Virus record (IMG/VR): IMGVR_UViG_3300032257_000017 | Span: 1-53,412 of that record | Reading direction: 5' to 3' (one strand) | DNA: 53,412 nt | DNA from: a virus | Taxonomy: Duplodnaviria; Caudoviricetes | Shown: in pieces, positions 43,078 through 53,393 of the stretch | How the letters are laid out: each line of letters begins with the position of its first letter | Numbering within the stretch: position 1 is the first letter of the stretch | Program-made: the position numbers and the translations under genes | The notes under the pieces: model-generated | What the model saw: only the letters and a program-made list of their open reading frames with translations | Told to the model about the DNA's origin: nothing | The model's database searches: none

Positions 43078-43275
43078 ATGAAAATCCGACACGACAGTGA
43101 AACCATCATCAAGGACATCGCGAGGCTCGCGGACCGCATCACCAACAACCCCGACGTGACGCCCACGGAGCGGTTCAAGATGCGCACCAAACTGCGCGAC
43201 ATGCACGATATGGTCGAGGCGGCGGCGGCGGCGGCGAAGCGCGAGCGGGCACGGGTCGACGGAGTGGCAGGGTGA
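43078..43275 (+). CDS. Small helical hypothetical protein (cassette 5)
   Basis: 65 aa after the cassette leader. Confidence 0.7.
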   Translation: MKIRHDSETIIKDIARLADRITNNPDVTPTERFKMRTKLRDMHDMVEAAAAAAKRERARVDGVAG

Positions 43276-43580
43276 GGCCCGGAATCATGGCGAGGCTTAA
43301 CGCCGCCCTGCCACTTGGTGATGAGTACACCAGCGGCGGGGCCTGGCCGGACTTCGCAAAGGCTGAGGCCGAGTGCGCAGCGGAGGGGTTCGACATCGTA
43401 TTCAGCCCGGACTCCGGGGCCCGCCTCTTCGTTGAACTGCACCACGACGGCCAGAACAAGGGCGAGGCGCTGATATCGCTCTCAGCACTGGAGGCCATGC
43501 CGCCCGACGTGCGCGACTGGGCGCTTTCGCAGATGGTCGGAAGCCTCTTGCTGTGCGCGCTGAACCGGAGCGGGCGATGA
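43272..43580 (+). CDS. Hypothetical protein
   Basis: 102 aa; coupled. Confidence 0.6.
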   Translation: MRPGIMARLNAALPLGDEYTSGGAWPDFAKAEAECAAEGFDIVFSPDSGARLFVELHHDGQNKGEALISLSALEAMPPDVRDWALSQMVGSLLLCALNRSGR

Positions 43581-43906
43581 CCAACATTGAATACACGGCG
43601 CTTGTCGGTGGCGCCTTCTGCGGTCACCACCACAGGAGCCGAGCAGCCGCGCGCAGGTGCGCTAGGGCGTCAGGTGGCGAGGCCACCGGCGTTATCAGGT
43701 ACCCCGCGTCCGGTGTGGTCGTCTCCGGCGTCGAGGCCACGACAGGCGCAGTGCGCGGACGCCCGCCCGTAGACGACAAGCGCACCCGCCGAATCGGGAT
43801 GAACTCCGACGAGTGGAAGCGAGTCGTGGAGATGGCGCGCGCCGATGGCTACACGAACACGAGCAAGTGGGCGAGGGAGCGGCTCGGCGTTGGCACCACC
43901 AAGTAG
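43577..43906 (+). CDS. Putative DNA-binding protein (C-terminal ribbon-helix-helix-like)
   Basis: CGHHHRS...A..C N-terminus; RGRPP..RIGMNSDEW...A...G...S.WAR C-terminus. Confidence 0.6.
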   Translation: MTNIEYTALVGGAFCGHHHRSRAAARRCARASGGEATGVIRYPASGVVVSGVEATTGAVRGRPPVDDKRTRRIGMNSDEWKRVVEMARADGYTNTSKWARERLGVGTTK

Positions 43907-43938
43907 AAACGCCCACTCTCGGGGGAGCAGGCGCTTCA
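43906..43938. terminator. Hairpin between convergent transcription units
   Basis: GAAACGCC...GGCGCTTC imperfect stem. Confidence 0.45.
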
Positions 43939-43979
43939 GTCTCGGAGGAGAGGTGAGACGGCCAGAGGCCGAGGGGAGT

Positions 43980-44372
43980 CTACCCCAGCAGCCGCGAGCT
44001 TGTCGTGCCGCCGTCGTTGAACTGAATCTGGCACGTGCTCCCGGCGAGGAAGCCGCCCTGAGTCGGGCTGTCTACGACCGTCCACTTGCGCCCGCTGGAG
44101 TCGGTGGCCGCGCACTCTGCCGTCGTCGTGTTCCACGTCACTGAGACCCACGCCCCATCCCACTTGATGCGGTCGTTCGTCTGGTCCAACTCCACCACGA
44201 ACTGCCCGACCTTCGACGGGTAGGCCGCGGGGTTCCACCACTGGCCTCCGATGTCTTCCCACTTGTCGAACGCCTCAGAGCCGGTGGTCACCGTGTCTTG
44301 ATCGTCGTCGGGACAGGGCCACCCCTCTTGGTCGGGGCAGTAGATCTCAGGGAACATGATCGGGTCACACAT
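43980..44372 (-). CDS. Hypothetical Cys/Trp-rich protein
   Basis: 130 aa; GAGG RBS; end of the tail operon. Confidence 0.6.
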   Translation of the reverse strand: MCDPIMFPEIYCPDQEGWPCPDDDQDTVTTGSEAFDKWEDIGGQWWNPAAYPSKVGQFVVELDQTNDRIKWDGAWVSVTWNTTTAECAATDSSGRKWTVVDSPTQGGFLAGSTCQIQFNDGGTTSSRLLG

Positions 44373-44375
44373 CGT

Positions 44376-44927
44376 CTACCTCGGGAATGCAATCGCGTCA
44401 GACCCACCGAGGTCAGAGCCGCCGTCGTCGCGATCCCCCACATCCCCGCCGCCGTCGTCGTCGTCCTGCGCCACGGGGTCGCCCTCGGACGCGCCGACGT
44501 TCCCGAGGGGAGTCGTGATGGTCAGACCGAGCAGGCCCGCGAGGATGAGCAAGAGGACCACCACCGCCACCTTGTTCTCGAGGAACTTCCCGGCGCCCAC
44601 AGCGAACGCGTCGAACATGCGCGCCAGTCCGCTGGGCCGGTCAAGGCGGGCCTTGATGTCCGTTAGTTGCTCCTTGATGGCGACCAACCGCTCGTTCCCC
44701 GCCACCACGTCCTTCTCCACGAGGTCGAGGCGTTTGTCTGTCGCCGCGTCATGCTCCGCTCGTGTCGCGCTGGCCTGCGCCGTCGCATCGATGAGGCGTT
44801 CGTTCTGCTCAGACAGGCGCACGCCTTGGGCAAGAATCGCCTGCGTCATCTCCCCGATGTCATCGCTCACGGCGTCCTCCCATGACGACTCTGCCGCCGC
44901 GTCCTTCTCCGTCGGCTCCAGTGTCAT
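44376..44927 (-). CDS. Membrane protein (coiled coil, TM, acidic tail)
   Basis: 183 aa; VAVVVLLLILAGLLGL helix. Confidence 0.65.
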   Translation of the reverse strand: MTLEPTEKDAAAESSWEDAVSDDIGEMTQAILAQGVRLSEQNERLIDATAQASATRAEHDAATDKRLDLVEKDVVAGNERLVAIKEQLTDIKARLDRPSGLARMFDAFAVGAGKFLENKVAVVVLLLILAGLLGLTITTPLGNVGASEGDPVAQDDDDGGGDVGDRDDGGSDLGGSDAIAFPR

Positions 44928-45064
44928 TGGAGGGTCCCGCCCCGGGTTCGGCGCGAGGGTCGCGCGAATCTACCAAGGCGAGGCTAACCCACTGTGCCCG
45001 CAAATCCAGAAAGACGACCACGTCGCGTTCACGGGGTGTGAACGGTTGGTGGTCCTTGTCTGGG

Positions 45065-47122
45065 CTAGTCATAGAAATACGCCTCCCAGGCGAGCGACAG
45101 GGCTATGGCTGCGTTGCTGTTGGAATCTGAGCCTGTCCCGGTCCCGTTGCGCCATAGCATGAAGGCGATTTCATCTCCGGGCACGAGGTCCGAGATGTCC
45201 GCGTCGAATGTGGTCCTGTAGACGGTGTTCGCAGTGCCGGACGGGGCCACGCTGTTCGTGATGACCGCGCGCTCAGTGGTCGTGGAGTTCAGCACGTCTC
45301 CGATCTGAACCTCAGTCACGTACAGGTCCCATTTGACGGCGTCGGTGTCTGTGCCAGATGTCGTCCACACCAGCACGAAGGTTGCTGGCCTGCCCGTATC
45401 GATACCGAGAGGAACCTCTAGCTGCGTCCCTGCGCGGTTGTTCTGCCCGCTCGCGTACTGGCTCCGCGCCTGCCGATACGACACGTTCGTACTGATGGTG
45501 ATGTCGGCGTTGTTCGGGTTGTTTGCCCCTCCATTCGGAGCGGACAAGGACTCCCCGTTGCCTTCCCAGAATGTCCGCAGTTCTTCCGCCGCCCCAAAGC
45601 GCGCCGTTCCCGTGGCCTTTTCCTCAATCCACGACGTGCCAACCTTCACCCGGTCGATAGTCGGAGACGTGGTGATCGCTCCGTCATTACGAACCCTGAG
45701 CCAGTAGCGGTCAGTCCCCGTCGATGGCGGGTCCCCGGCAGCCCACGATGACCACGCACTGCCCTCCGTGTTGAGCCTCATGTTCTCGTCACCGCTGGCG
45801 CGTCCGAACACGTCCTTGGCGTAGGAGGTGCTCCCCCCGGACAGGCCGGACATGTAGTTGATGACGGTCCACACCTCGGGGCCGGTGCCGGTCAGAACCT
45901 CGACAGCCAGAGCGCCGTTGAGCGCCACGATGTTCTCAAGGTCGTAGGCGCGCGGCTTGAAGTTCTCGTTGAATCCGATGTAGAGCGCGTCGTCTGCGTC
46001 TGTCCCCCACGCTGCCGTGTTGCCGTCACCAGATGTCGTTACGTCCGATGTGACGACGGTGAACGTGCCTGCGCTGTCGTCCAGCGTATAGGCGACCATC
46101 CCGAGGATGGATGAGTCTCCCTCGCCTGCGGAGAAGGACGCTGGGAACTGCGGCGTCCCGATGTCCACGACGCCGACGAACTTTGACCCGGAGTTGTCTC
46201 CACTCTCCCCGCGGTCTGCGTAGGAGACGAGGATCAGGTCTGGGTTCCAAGCAGGCGGAAAGGACGACTTGCCCTTCTCAAACTCCATGCCAATCAGAGT
46301 CACTTTCGACCCTGAGCCAGTCAGGCCGGAGTCAACAAGGAAGTCGTAGGTGTCCGCGCGGAAGACGCACCCGTTGAGGTCTACCGTCACCCCGTCAGCC
46401 ACGATTCGCAACCCGTTGGTCACGGTCCCCGCGCCGTCGTTCGGGGTCGTCAGGTTGGCAAGACCAACCTTGGCCGTGCCGCCGATGTGGAGCACGTCCG
46501 TCAGGTTCATGGGCGGGCCGACCTGAGCCAACTGCCCCTCGACCGTCACGGTTCCGGTGAACTTCAGGAATTCGACAGCGGTACCGGCGTTCGCGTTGAT
46601 GCCGCCGCCAAGGACTCGGACGAGACCGGCGCTTGCGTCGAGGATGGCGCCTGTGGTCGTGCCTGCGTTGAAACCGACCAGTTGGACGATGAGCGCACCC
46701 GCGCCGGTCTTCTGAATCATCGGGCCAGATCCGCCAGTGGCCTCCAGTCGGACGTTGAAGAGGATGTTCCCGCCCGTGGCGTTGTTGGACGCGATGGCTG
46801 GATTGCTACCCGTCGGAGCCTCCACCAGAATCTCACGCAGGGTGCAACCCGCGCCGAGGGTGACCGGTGTGCTTGTCCCGTCGCCGTTGATGGCCACCGA
46901 CGTGGTGATCGGAAACCCCACCAGCTTCACGCCGTCCGGCACCGTCAAGACCTCCGACCACGTGCCTTGACCAACCAAGACCACATCCCCGCTAGAGGCG
47001 GCAGCGAGGGCGTCTGTGATCGTGGTGTAGGCCGTAGACGAAGACGAGGAGTACCGGACAACCTCGCCCGGCGCCGGAGCGGTTGGGGTGTCTACGCCCG
47101 AATCGCGTGGGAATGTGCTCAC
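45065..47122 (-). CDS. Tailspike / receptor-binding protein with right-handed beta-helix
   Basis: YTTITDALAAASSGDVVLVGQGTWSE beta-helix cap motif; beta-rich C-terminal domains; GTG at 47122. Confidence 0.72.
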   Translation of the reverse strand: MSTFPRDSGVDTPTAPAPGEVVRYSSSSSTAYTTITDALAAASSGDVVLVGQGTWSEVLTVPDGVKLVGFPITTSVAINGDGTSTPVTLGAGCTLREILVEAPTGSNPAIASNNATGGNILFNVRLEATGGSGPMIQKTGAGALIVQLVGFNAGTTTGAILDASAGLVRVLGGGINANAGTAVEFLKFTGTVTVEGQLAQVGPPMNLTDVLHIGGTAKVGLANLTTPNDGAGTVTNGLRIVADGVTVDLNGCVFRADTYDFLVDSGLTGSGSKVTLIGMEFEKGKSSFPPAWNPDLILVSYADRGESGDNSGSKFVGVVDIGTPQFPASFSAGEGDSSILGMVAYTLDDSAGTFTVVTSDVTTSGDGNTAAWGTDADDALYIGFNENFKPRAYDLENIVALNGALAVEVLTGTGPEVWTVINYMSGLSGGSTSYAKDVFGRASGDENMRLNTEGSAWSSWAAGDPPSTGTDRYWLRVRNDGAITTSPTIDRVKVGTSWIEEKATGTARFGAAEELRTFWEGNGESLSAPNGGANNPNNADITISTNVSYRQARSQYASGQNNRAGTQLEVPLGIDTGRPATFVLVWTTSGTDTDAVKWDLYVTEVQIGDVLNSTTTERAVITNSVAPSGTANTVYRTTFDADISDLVPGDEIAFMLWRNGTGTGSDSNSNAAIALSLAWEAYFYD

Positions 47123-47931
47123 TACTCGGTCCTCATTCGCCAGAATTCGATATCCGAGATGAGGAAGGTGACTCCACTGGTAGCACCCCATCCGCTCACG
47201 TAGCAGTTCACGTCAGCGCCAGTGACATCGAAGTCCGGCGTTGCTGGCGTGATGTCCACCCCGGATGTCTGCCCCTGGAATGTGAGCGCGCGTGTGCCCT
47301 CGTTGGCCGCTGTCGTAGCCTCCGACGTTCCGAAGCGCATCACGAACCCGTGCGAGTTGGTGACCTCGGACGAGAGGTAGCGGAGGCCCGTGCTCGCCGT
47401 GGCGTTGTCGCCGCCGTTGATGGACGAGCGGATCTTGAGGCCGCTGATGTTCATCCAGATCGCGCCCGAGTCGTTCGGCGCGCTGATGGTCGTGCTGTTG
47501 TCCTTGCGGATCCCACAGCCAATCCCCTCGTTCCCGTTCGCCGGGTCGGGGTTGCCCGACGCCATCAGGATGCGGAAGATGTACGAGTCGTTCCGATCTG
47601 CCGAGTAGCCTCCGACGGTCAGCAAGTCCGAGAGGTCGAACCGAAGGACAGGCGCGTCAGTGGCGCCGCTGCCGTAGTTGCTCGTTGCGCCGAGCTTGAA
47701 CTGACAGTTGCCAGACCCGTCAGGCCCGAACGTCACCCAATTGGCCTTGCGGTCGATGGTTCCGGTGACGCCGTTGATGCTCCGCGAGTCGTCGCCGGTC
47801 CAGTCAGCCGTGACGCCGGACCAGTCAGCATCTGCGGCAGCGTTCCACACGAGTTCGTAGCCTCCACCGCCGCCACCAGCAGCAGCAGCGCGAGGGAACG
47901 ACCCGGCATCTCCTGATGGAAACAAGGACAT
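47122..47931 (-). CDS. Putative tail / receptor-binding protein
   Basis: 269 aa; Ala/Gly linker then a beta-rich domain. Confidence 0.55.
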   Translation of the reverse strand: MSLFPSGDAGSFPRAAAAGGGGGGYELVWNAAADADWSGVTADWTGDDSRSINGVTGTIDRKANWVTFGPDGSGNCQFKLGATSNYGSGATDAPVLRFDLSDLLTVGGYSADRNDSYIFRILMASGNPDPANGNEGIGCGIRKDNSTTISAPNDSGAIWMNISGLKIRSSINGGDNATASTGLRYLSSEVTNSHGFVMRFGTSEATTAANEGTRALTFQGQTSGVDITPATPDFDVTGADVNCYVSGWGATSGVTFLISDIEFWRMRTE

Positions 47932-48326
47932 CAGGTGATGATCACCGGGGCAACATCCACCATCAGCGTGATGTCCGTGTCACTGCCACTTGAGGCTTCG
48001 CACGTCGCCCAGAGTCCGAGGACCCCGGAGCGGTTGAACGGCTTGCGAAGGCCGCTCTGGCCCGCGCTCTCGCCATTGGCCGCGAAGATGGGCTTGTCGG
48101 TGTAGACGCGATTCCCGGAGGACACAGCGTCGTAGATGCGGACCGTCACCGTCACCGTGGTCTCGGCGCCGTCCGTCATGTCTGCCGTGTACCCGTCGAA
48201 AGCGTAGTTCCCAGGGCTCAGCGCCGCAGCGTCCAGCAGGATGGCCTGCCTCGCGCTCTCGCTCGTGCCCACGTTGGCGAATGTCAGCGCGTCACAGGAC
48301 CGCAGTGCCTTACTAGACAAACTCAT
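47931..48326 (-). CDS. Putative virion protein
   Basis: 131 aa, beta-rich; AGGAG RBS. Confidence 0.55.
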   Translation of the reverse strand: MSLSSKALRSCDALTFANVGTSESARQAILLDAAALSPGNYAFDGYTADMTDGAETTVTVTVRIYDAVSSGNRVYTDKPIFAANGESAGQSGLRKPFNRSGVLGLWATCEASSGSDTDITLMVDVAPVIIT

Positions 48327-48435
48327 TATTGCTCCTAGCGGACCGATTCAGCCCGATTCTAAACGATTGTCCCGCGCCTGCTACCGGAATCCGAATCGAC
48401 TTGACGCCGAGAGGGGATGCGTGCAGGGTAGAGGA

Positions 48436-48744
48436 ATGAAGTGTGTATACATTCTGTTGGCGATGGTTCTGGGTGGGTGCGTGGGGGCGGCCCCCACTCC
48501 GGCAGCAGATGGGGTCGTCTGGATTGCGCCGTCGGAGTCCATGTTCGACGTGGGCCAGCCAATCACCATTGGGAATGACAGCGCCGAATACGTAGACTGC
48601 GAAGTCGAGACCAACGGCACCCTCTCCACGCGGGAACTCTCCCCTGGCGAGGACTGGACCATCACAATCCACGGACCAAACACGCCGATGTGGATGGTCG
48701 TGGACTGCGGTGATGATGGCTTCTGGCGCATGTCGGCCCGCTAG
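48436..48744 (+). CDS. Lipoprotein inserted antisense in the tail module
   Basis: MK + hydrophobic stretch + lipobox LGGC; upstream TTGACG; 102 aa. Confidence 0.7.
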   Translation: MKCVYILLAMVLGGCVGAAPTPAADGVVWIAPSESMFDVGQPITIGNDSAEYVDCEVETNGTLSTRELSPGEDWTITIHGPNTPMWMVVDCGDDGFWRMSAR

Positions 48745-49289
48745 TTCATGTCCGAGAAGATGATCTGGTAGGTGCCCACGAGGCCAGCGGTTGCGCCAGA
48801 GGCCATGGACACAGTGAGGAACTCGGTAGACGGCCACTTGACAGACGAGAGGGCGGGAGACGTGTGGTTGTCCAGCAGGATGACCGTGGACGGGTTAGCG
48901 CCGCTCATCAGGTCAGATGCCAGGATGGCCGTGGCTGCCACGCCTGCGTCCAGCGTGCATGCCCCAGACGTGGCTGTTGTCACATCGAGGAATAGGCGCT
49001 CAACGATGAGATCCGTTCCGTATGTGTTCTGCACGGAGACGACTCCAGCGGCGGCGTCGGAGGCTGTGAGGTTGCCGACAAGGCGAGCCCCTGCGAACTT
49101 GCTCATGCCAACACGCTGCACCCCGTTGCTCAGGGATGATCCAGAAGACGGAACGCCGAGTTTGCCGGTGACCGAGTTGACCTCGATTGATGTCCCGTCA
49201 GCGGCGGAGGCGAGAAGCGCCTTGTCACCGATGACCGCCGAAACGACCTCGGTGGAGTCGAGGGTCATTGGCCCGATGCGGTCTGTCAT
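48741..49289 (-). CDS. Putative virion structural protein
   Basis: 182 aa, beta-rich; AGGAG RBS. Confidence 0.6.
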   Translation of the reverse strand: MTDRIGPMTLDSTEVVSAVIGDKALLASAADGTSIEVNSVTGKLGVPSSGSSLSNGVQRVGMSKFAGARLVGNLTASDAAAGVVSVQNTYGTDLIVERLFLDVTTATSGACTLDAGVAATAILASDLMSGANPSTVILLDNHTSPALSSVKWPSTEFLTVSMASGATAGLVGTYQIIFSDMN

Positions 49290-49298
49290 TGTCTGCTC

Positions 49299-51278
49299 CT
49301 AATCCCCGCCACCGGGGAGGTCTGTGTCGTCGTAGAACGACACGTGTACCGCGCTGGCCTGAACGGTCTGCGCTTCTAGCCGATACTGAAGGGTCCGCAC
49401 CATGCCGATACGCTCGGTCACTCCGTGGACCTCATAGGCGATGGTGTCCCCTAGTTGAAGTTGAAACCACGTCCCGCCCATGTCTCCCGTGGTCCACACC
49501 TGGGGCTGAGACAGCTCTGCTGCGATGAACCGCGATGTCTGCGCACCCGTGTCCTTGCTGTGCGGGCTCCACAGCTTCCACGCCCGCTCTCGGGAGATGG
49601 GCTGCGTTCCGGCCTTCGCCGCTACCTGCTCGGTGAGGTTCTGGATCTGCTGACTGTTCCGGCTCCGCGACTCCAGCAGCGCAGCGTCCGCAATCGGAAG
49701 CGCGGCAGGCTGGTCGATGTAGTCGGGCGCGAGGACGGTGATGTCGTTCCCGTACTCGCCCTTGGGGTCCTGCTGCTGAGACACCGACGGGGGCTGAGAG
49801 GACGCGAGATCGAACGTTCGGATGGTCCAGTCAGGCTCAGTGGTCCCGGCCTGCGGGACTCGCCACCATGGATACAGTCGCCGCTGCTTCGCTGTCGAGT
49901 CGTAGCGCCACACAAGGTCCGCAGGCAGCCCGCCCACGAGATTGCTGAGCACGTCCCGGTAGGTCATCTCTGTGTCGTCTTTGACCTCGACGGGGACGGC
50001 TGAGAGTAGTTCAGTCCACTCGGCTACCGCGCTCGGGGTGTCGGAGATGAAGTCAGAGATGGCCGACGTTCCGAGGATTGTGGTGTCGCTGAGGTAGTCG
50101 CCACCCTCAATGATGATCTCCATGATGTCCCCAGCGACATCCACCACAGGGGTCGCCGCCGCGCCTCCGCTCAGCGTGGTGTATGGGGTTCCGTAGGTCG
50201 CGTGGTACTCCACGACAGTCGGATCCGTCGATGGCCCGTGAATGCGCGCGTATGCCTTGTTGTTCGCAGTCTCCGGGTCGAAGTTGCCGGACACGGTGCC
50301 AGTCACCTGAACCGCGGCGAACGTCCCGAGCGGGCCAAGGTCAGAGTCTCTGTTGTGCCCGACGAGAACCGAGCCGACGCCCGTGGCGTTGCTCTCGTAG
50401 ACGGTACCGTCGTCACCGACAAGGCGAATCACCCCAACGCCGCATCCGTATTGAGGCGACACGTGGAACCACAAGACCACATCAGAATTGTTCCCGACGG
50501 GCGGCGAACCCGGGCCGGTGCCCGTAGTGGCTCCGTAGTAGACGACCTCTCGCCATACCGGCCCTGGGGTCTGCGCGGTGGCTGGCGCGTCGTTGAAACC
50601 CCAGACGCACCCGACCTTGACGCCGATGGCGTCGGGCGCCAACTGGAATCCTCGGCCACTGGACGAGATCGACGGTGACTTGTACATCCCGCCACTGCTC
50701 AGAGGCTCCCCAACAGAGTCCCAAACGCTCGCATCCTGCGGAATCGTGGTCATCTTCCACGGCACAGCCAACGGCCCCAACCACTCCTTGGCCTTCATCT
50801 GAAACGACCCTGCGCCGGGGGTCACATCAGGGTCGCGGTCCCACGTGCCTCGGAAGCGGTGCTCGGTGTCGCCCGTCGCAAGGTCGATGAACCAAACATC
50901 AACGTCCTTGAACGCCCACCGGCCCGAAACGACGTGCTCGCGCAAGGTCGCGTCTCCGGTCGTGTCTTCGACGGTCGAGTCAGGCTCTGCGGGGTAGTCA
51001 ATCGGGATGGTGATCGAGAGCGTGCCCGGGATGGCGATGTACTGGTCCAACTTACCGATGCTCTCGGTAAGCACGGGCGCCTGGGTCTCGTTCGCGCGCC
51101 AGAACTGCGAGTCAGGCACTCCGGCTGCGTCGTCAGGGTCAGCGAGCACGAAGCCCGTTCCCATGCGCGAGGCGGGGCCACAGAGCCTCAGGGTCTGCGC
51201 TGTGCCCGAGGCGTCGTGGTACTTGCCGCGGATGAGATAACCGAGGGCTAGCGCCTGCTGGTCGTAGGTGATGCTCAC
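49299..51278 (-). CDS. Tail tip / baseplate hub (Tal-like) protein
   Basis: 659 aa; second gene after the tape measure; C-terminal LQLGDTI motif typical of hub proteins. Confidence 0.65.
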   Translation of the reverse strand: MSITYDQQALALGYLIRGKYHDASGTAQTLRLCGPASRMGTGFVLADPDDAAGVPDSQFWRANETQAPVLTESIGKLDQYIAIPGTLSITIPIDYPAEPDSTVEDTTGDATLREHVVSGRWAFKDVDVWFIDLATGDTEHRFRGTWDRDPDVTPGAGSFQMKAKEWLGPLAVPWKMTTIPQDASVWDSVGEPLSSGGMYKSPSISSSGRGFQLAPDAIGVKVGCVWGFNDAPATAQTPGPVWREVVYYGATTGTGPGSPPVGNNSDVVLWFHVSPQYGCGVGVIRLVGDDGTVYESNATGVGSVLVGHNRDSDLGPLGTFAAVQVTGTVSGNFDPETANNKAYARIHGPSTDPTVVEYHATYGTPYTTLSGGAAATPVVDVAGDIMEIIIEGGDYLSDTTILGTSAISDFISDTPSAVAEWTELLSAVPVEVKDDTEMTYRDVLSNLVGGLPADLVWRYDSTAKQRRLYPWWRVPQAGTTEPDWTIRTFDLASSQPPSVSQQQDPKGEYGNDITVLAPDYIDQPAALPIADAALLESRSRNSQQIQNLTEQVAAKAGTQPISRERAWKLWSPHSKDTGAQTSRFIAAELSQPQVWTTGDMGGTWFQLQLGDTIAYEVHGVTERIGMVRTLQYRLEAQTVQASAVHVSFYDDTDLPGGGD

Positions 51279-52510
51279 GGCACCAACTGCCCGAACGTCA
51301 GCGAGCCTGTGAGACGGTCGCTGCCTGCTGTGCTGTAGCCGCTGGGGGGCCAGTCGAGGATGGTGCCGTAGAACATGGTCCCGTTGTCGGCCTCGTCCGT
51401 GATGGTGTACGTACCCGCAAGAACGGCAGACCCGCGCAGGGCCCAGACCATGCCCTCCACCTTGCCGTACCTCTGAGCAGCGACGACGAACGCGCGGAAG
51501 TCGGCGACCTCCCAGCGTTCAAGCTCGGCAGTCATCAACCACCGCTTCTTCAACTCGGTCGGGTGCTGGTTGTTCAGGGTCCGCGCAGATGTCGGGTCTT
51601 CGAGGCCTTGCCGCTGAATCTCCCGGCACGTGCGGGTCGCGCTTCCGACCGACTCCATCCCCCGGCAGATGTTGATCCTGTGAAACTCGTGATCATCCAC
51701 GTGCTTCCAGTACACGACCCAATAGCGATACCCTGTGGCGTCCGTGGTCACCGCGCCCTGAAGCGTGTTCTCAGGGTTCGCGGGCCGGTCGCTGACCGCG
51801 AGCGTGAGGGACGCTGTGCCCTCCCAATTGGCCTGCTGACTGCCGAGGTCTGTGGCGTGCGCGTAGACCGTACAGTCGTTGTAGAGCACGTCGTTATCGT
51901 CGTCCGTGCCTCCCACGCTGGACAGCATCAAGGCGATGAGGTTGGGCGCGATGGTCTCGCCAACGGGTTGCTCGTACTTGAGCCACGTGATGGTCGATGA
52001 CCGCTCGGTGTCTGCCTGATAGACGAAGGTCCCGCTCACGTCGGTCGCGTCCCACCCGAGCAAGAGGGTCAGCATGTTGTCCGTGGTGCTTGTGGCGTTG
52101 GGGAGCGCGAACGATGAAGCGGCGCCCTCCGTGATGGTGAACTTCCGAGACGACGTGTTGTACGTGACCGCGTAGGTGCCAGCGAGAGCAGGCCCCGATG
52201 TCACGTTTCCGGGCGTGTTGATCTCCGTGGTCAGGTAGGCGACGAACGCGGAGACGGTCGGGTAGAAGGCGCCCGGAATGCGGACCGTGGTCGTGCCGCC
52301 GCCCTCATCGATGTAGACAAGAGCGTTCACGTTGGTCGTGATTTCAAACGCCCCACCGCCCGCCTGAGCCTCCCACTGCTGGAACGGCTTACCCGGCAGC
52401 GAGTCCGACGCATTCGCGCGCGGCAGCGTCGGTGTCTCCCCAGATGAGTACGAAGCCACGCCGTGCTCGTTGAAGAGGTCGTCAAGGTACATCTGGCATC
52501 GACCCGACAT
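51275..52510 (-). CDS. Distal tail (Dit-like) protein with inserted domain
   Basis: 411 aa; immediately after the tape measure. Confidence 0.6.
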   Translation of the reverse strand: MSGRCQMYLDDLFNEHGVASYSSGETPTLPRANASDSLPGKPFQQWEAQAGGGAFEITTNVNALVYIDEGGGTTTVRIPGAFYPTVSAFVAYLTTEINTPGNVTSGPALAGTYAVTYNTSSRKFTITEGAASSFALPNATSTTDNMLTLLLGWDATDVSGTFVYQADTERSSTITWLKYEQPVGETIAPNLIALMLSSVGGTDDDNDVLYNDCTVYAHATDLGSQQANWEGTASLTLAVSDRPANPENTLQGAVTTDATGYRYWVVYWKHVDDHEFHRINICRGMESVGSATRTCREIQRQGLEDPTSARTLNNQHPTELKKRWLMTAELERWEVADFRAFVVAAQRYGKVEGMVWALRGSAVLAGTYTITDEADNGTMFYGTILDWPPSGYSTAGSDRLTGSLTFGQLVP

Positions 52511-53267
52511 CAGAGAGCCCCCACGGTGCGAACGTTCCGCCTCGGGTCTCGCCCGTCTTCAATCATGGCCGTCTGATGCGGTGCGAGTCCGTCGCTCACG
52601 CGGCGCCCGTCAAGGTTGACGACGACGGCAGCAGGCCCGCTATTCGCGCCGCGCTCCATCATGCCCATCTCCTTCTCCCGCCGCATCATCGCGAACATGG
52701 CCGAGATGTCAGCCGTGCCCTTCGGGTCTACCACCATCTCATCGTTGCGGACGCCGATTACCGTGTGGTTGTTCAACCCTGCGCGCTTCAGGTCACCGGG
52801 CGCGAGACCGCCGTCAGCGAGACCCTGAATGGTCGTGGCCGCGATGGTGCCGATCTGCACAGCGCCAGCGATGCCAGCGCCCACAGCAAGCGCAGCACCC
52901 ACCGGGAATGGCTGAACAGTCAAAGCATTGGTGATAGCGAGAGCAGTGTTAACGGCAGCCTGAGCAAGCGCGCTGGCCTTCGCGACCACGAACATGACCT
53001 TCGCAGCGGTCTTGCCTGCCTGAGACTGCCCGAAGTAGGAGTCCTCAACAGCGGTCTGCGCGAGACCGGCAAAGTGCGAGATGGCGCCGAACACATCCGC
53101 GGCGTTTTGCGTCTGGAGGTTGGCGATCTCCTGCTGCTCTTCCGCTCGCCTCTTCCGGTCGGCGGCTAACTTCTCCTCAGCCGCATTGGTCTCATCGATA
53201 ATGCCCGCGAGCGTGTCGGCAGCATGCTCCGCGTCGGAGATGCCGACGGAGCCGAGGATGCTGGCCG
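52510..53267 (-). CDS. Tail tape measure protein, C-terminal part
   Basis: KASALAQAAVNTALAIT.AL, LADGG and VVNLDGR motifs; contiguous with 1096-1. Confidence 0.9.
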
Positions 53268-53393
53268 TGATCGCGTCGTTGATGGCGTCGAAGTTGAAGC
53301 GAGGCATCTTAGCCCCGCGCAACTTCTCAGGGGCGGAGTGGTCCCGCAGGGTTCGCGCCGACCCAGGCCCATCACCAGCGGGTGTTGGCGGGA

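Noticed and set aside
43980-44927. Amber read-through or stop recoding (in-frame TAG ACG ATG)
   Set aside because: A GAGG SD is correctly spaced for reinitiation, and TAG ends many other genes normally.
45065-52510. Diversity-generating retroelement or invertible tail-fibre cassette
   Set aside because: No reverse transcriptase, invertase or TR/VR repeat pair seen by eye.
53268-53393. Biological direct terminal repeat
   Set aside because: The 126-nt length matches a typical assembler k-mer overlap, falls mid-gene and abuts adapter sequence.
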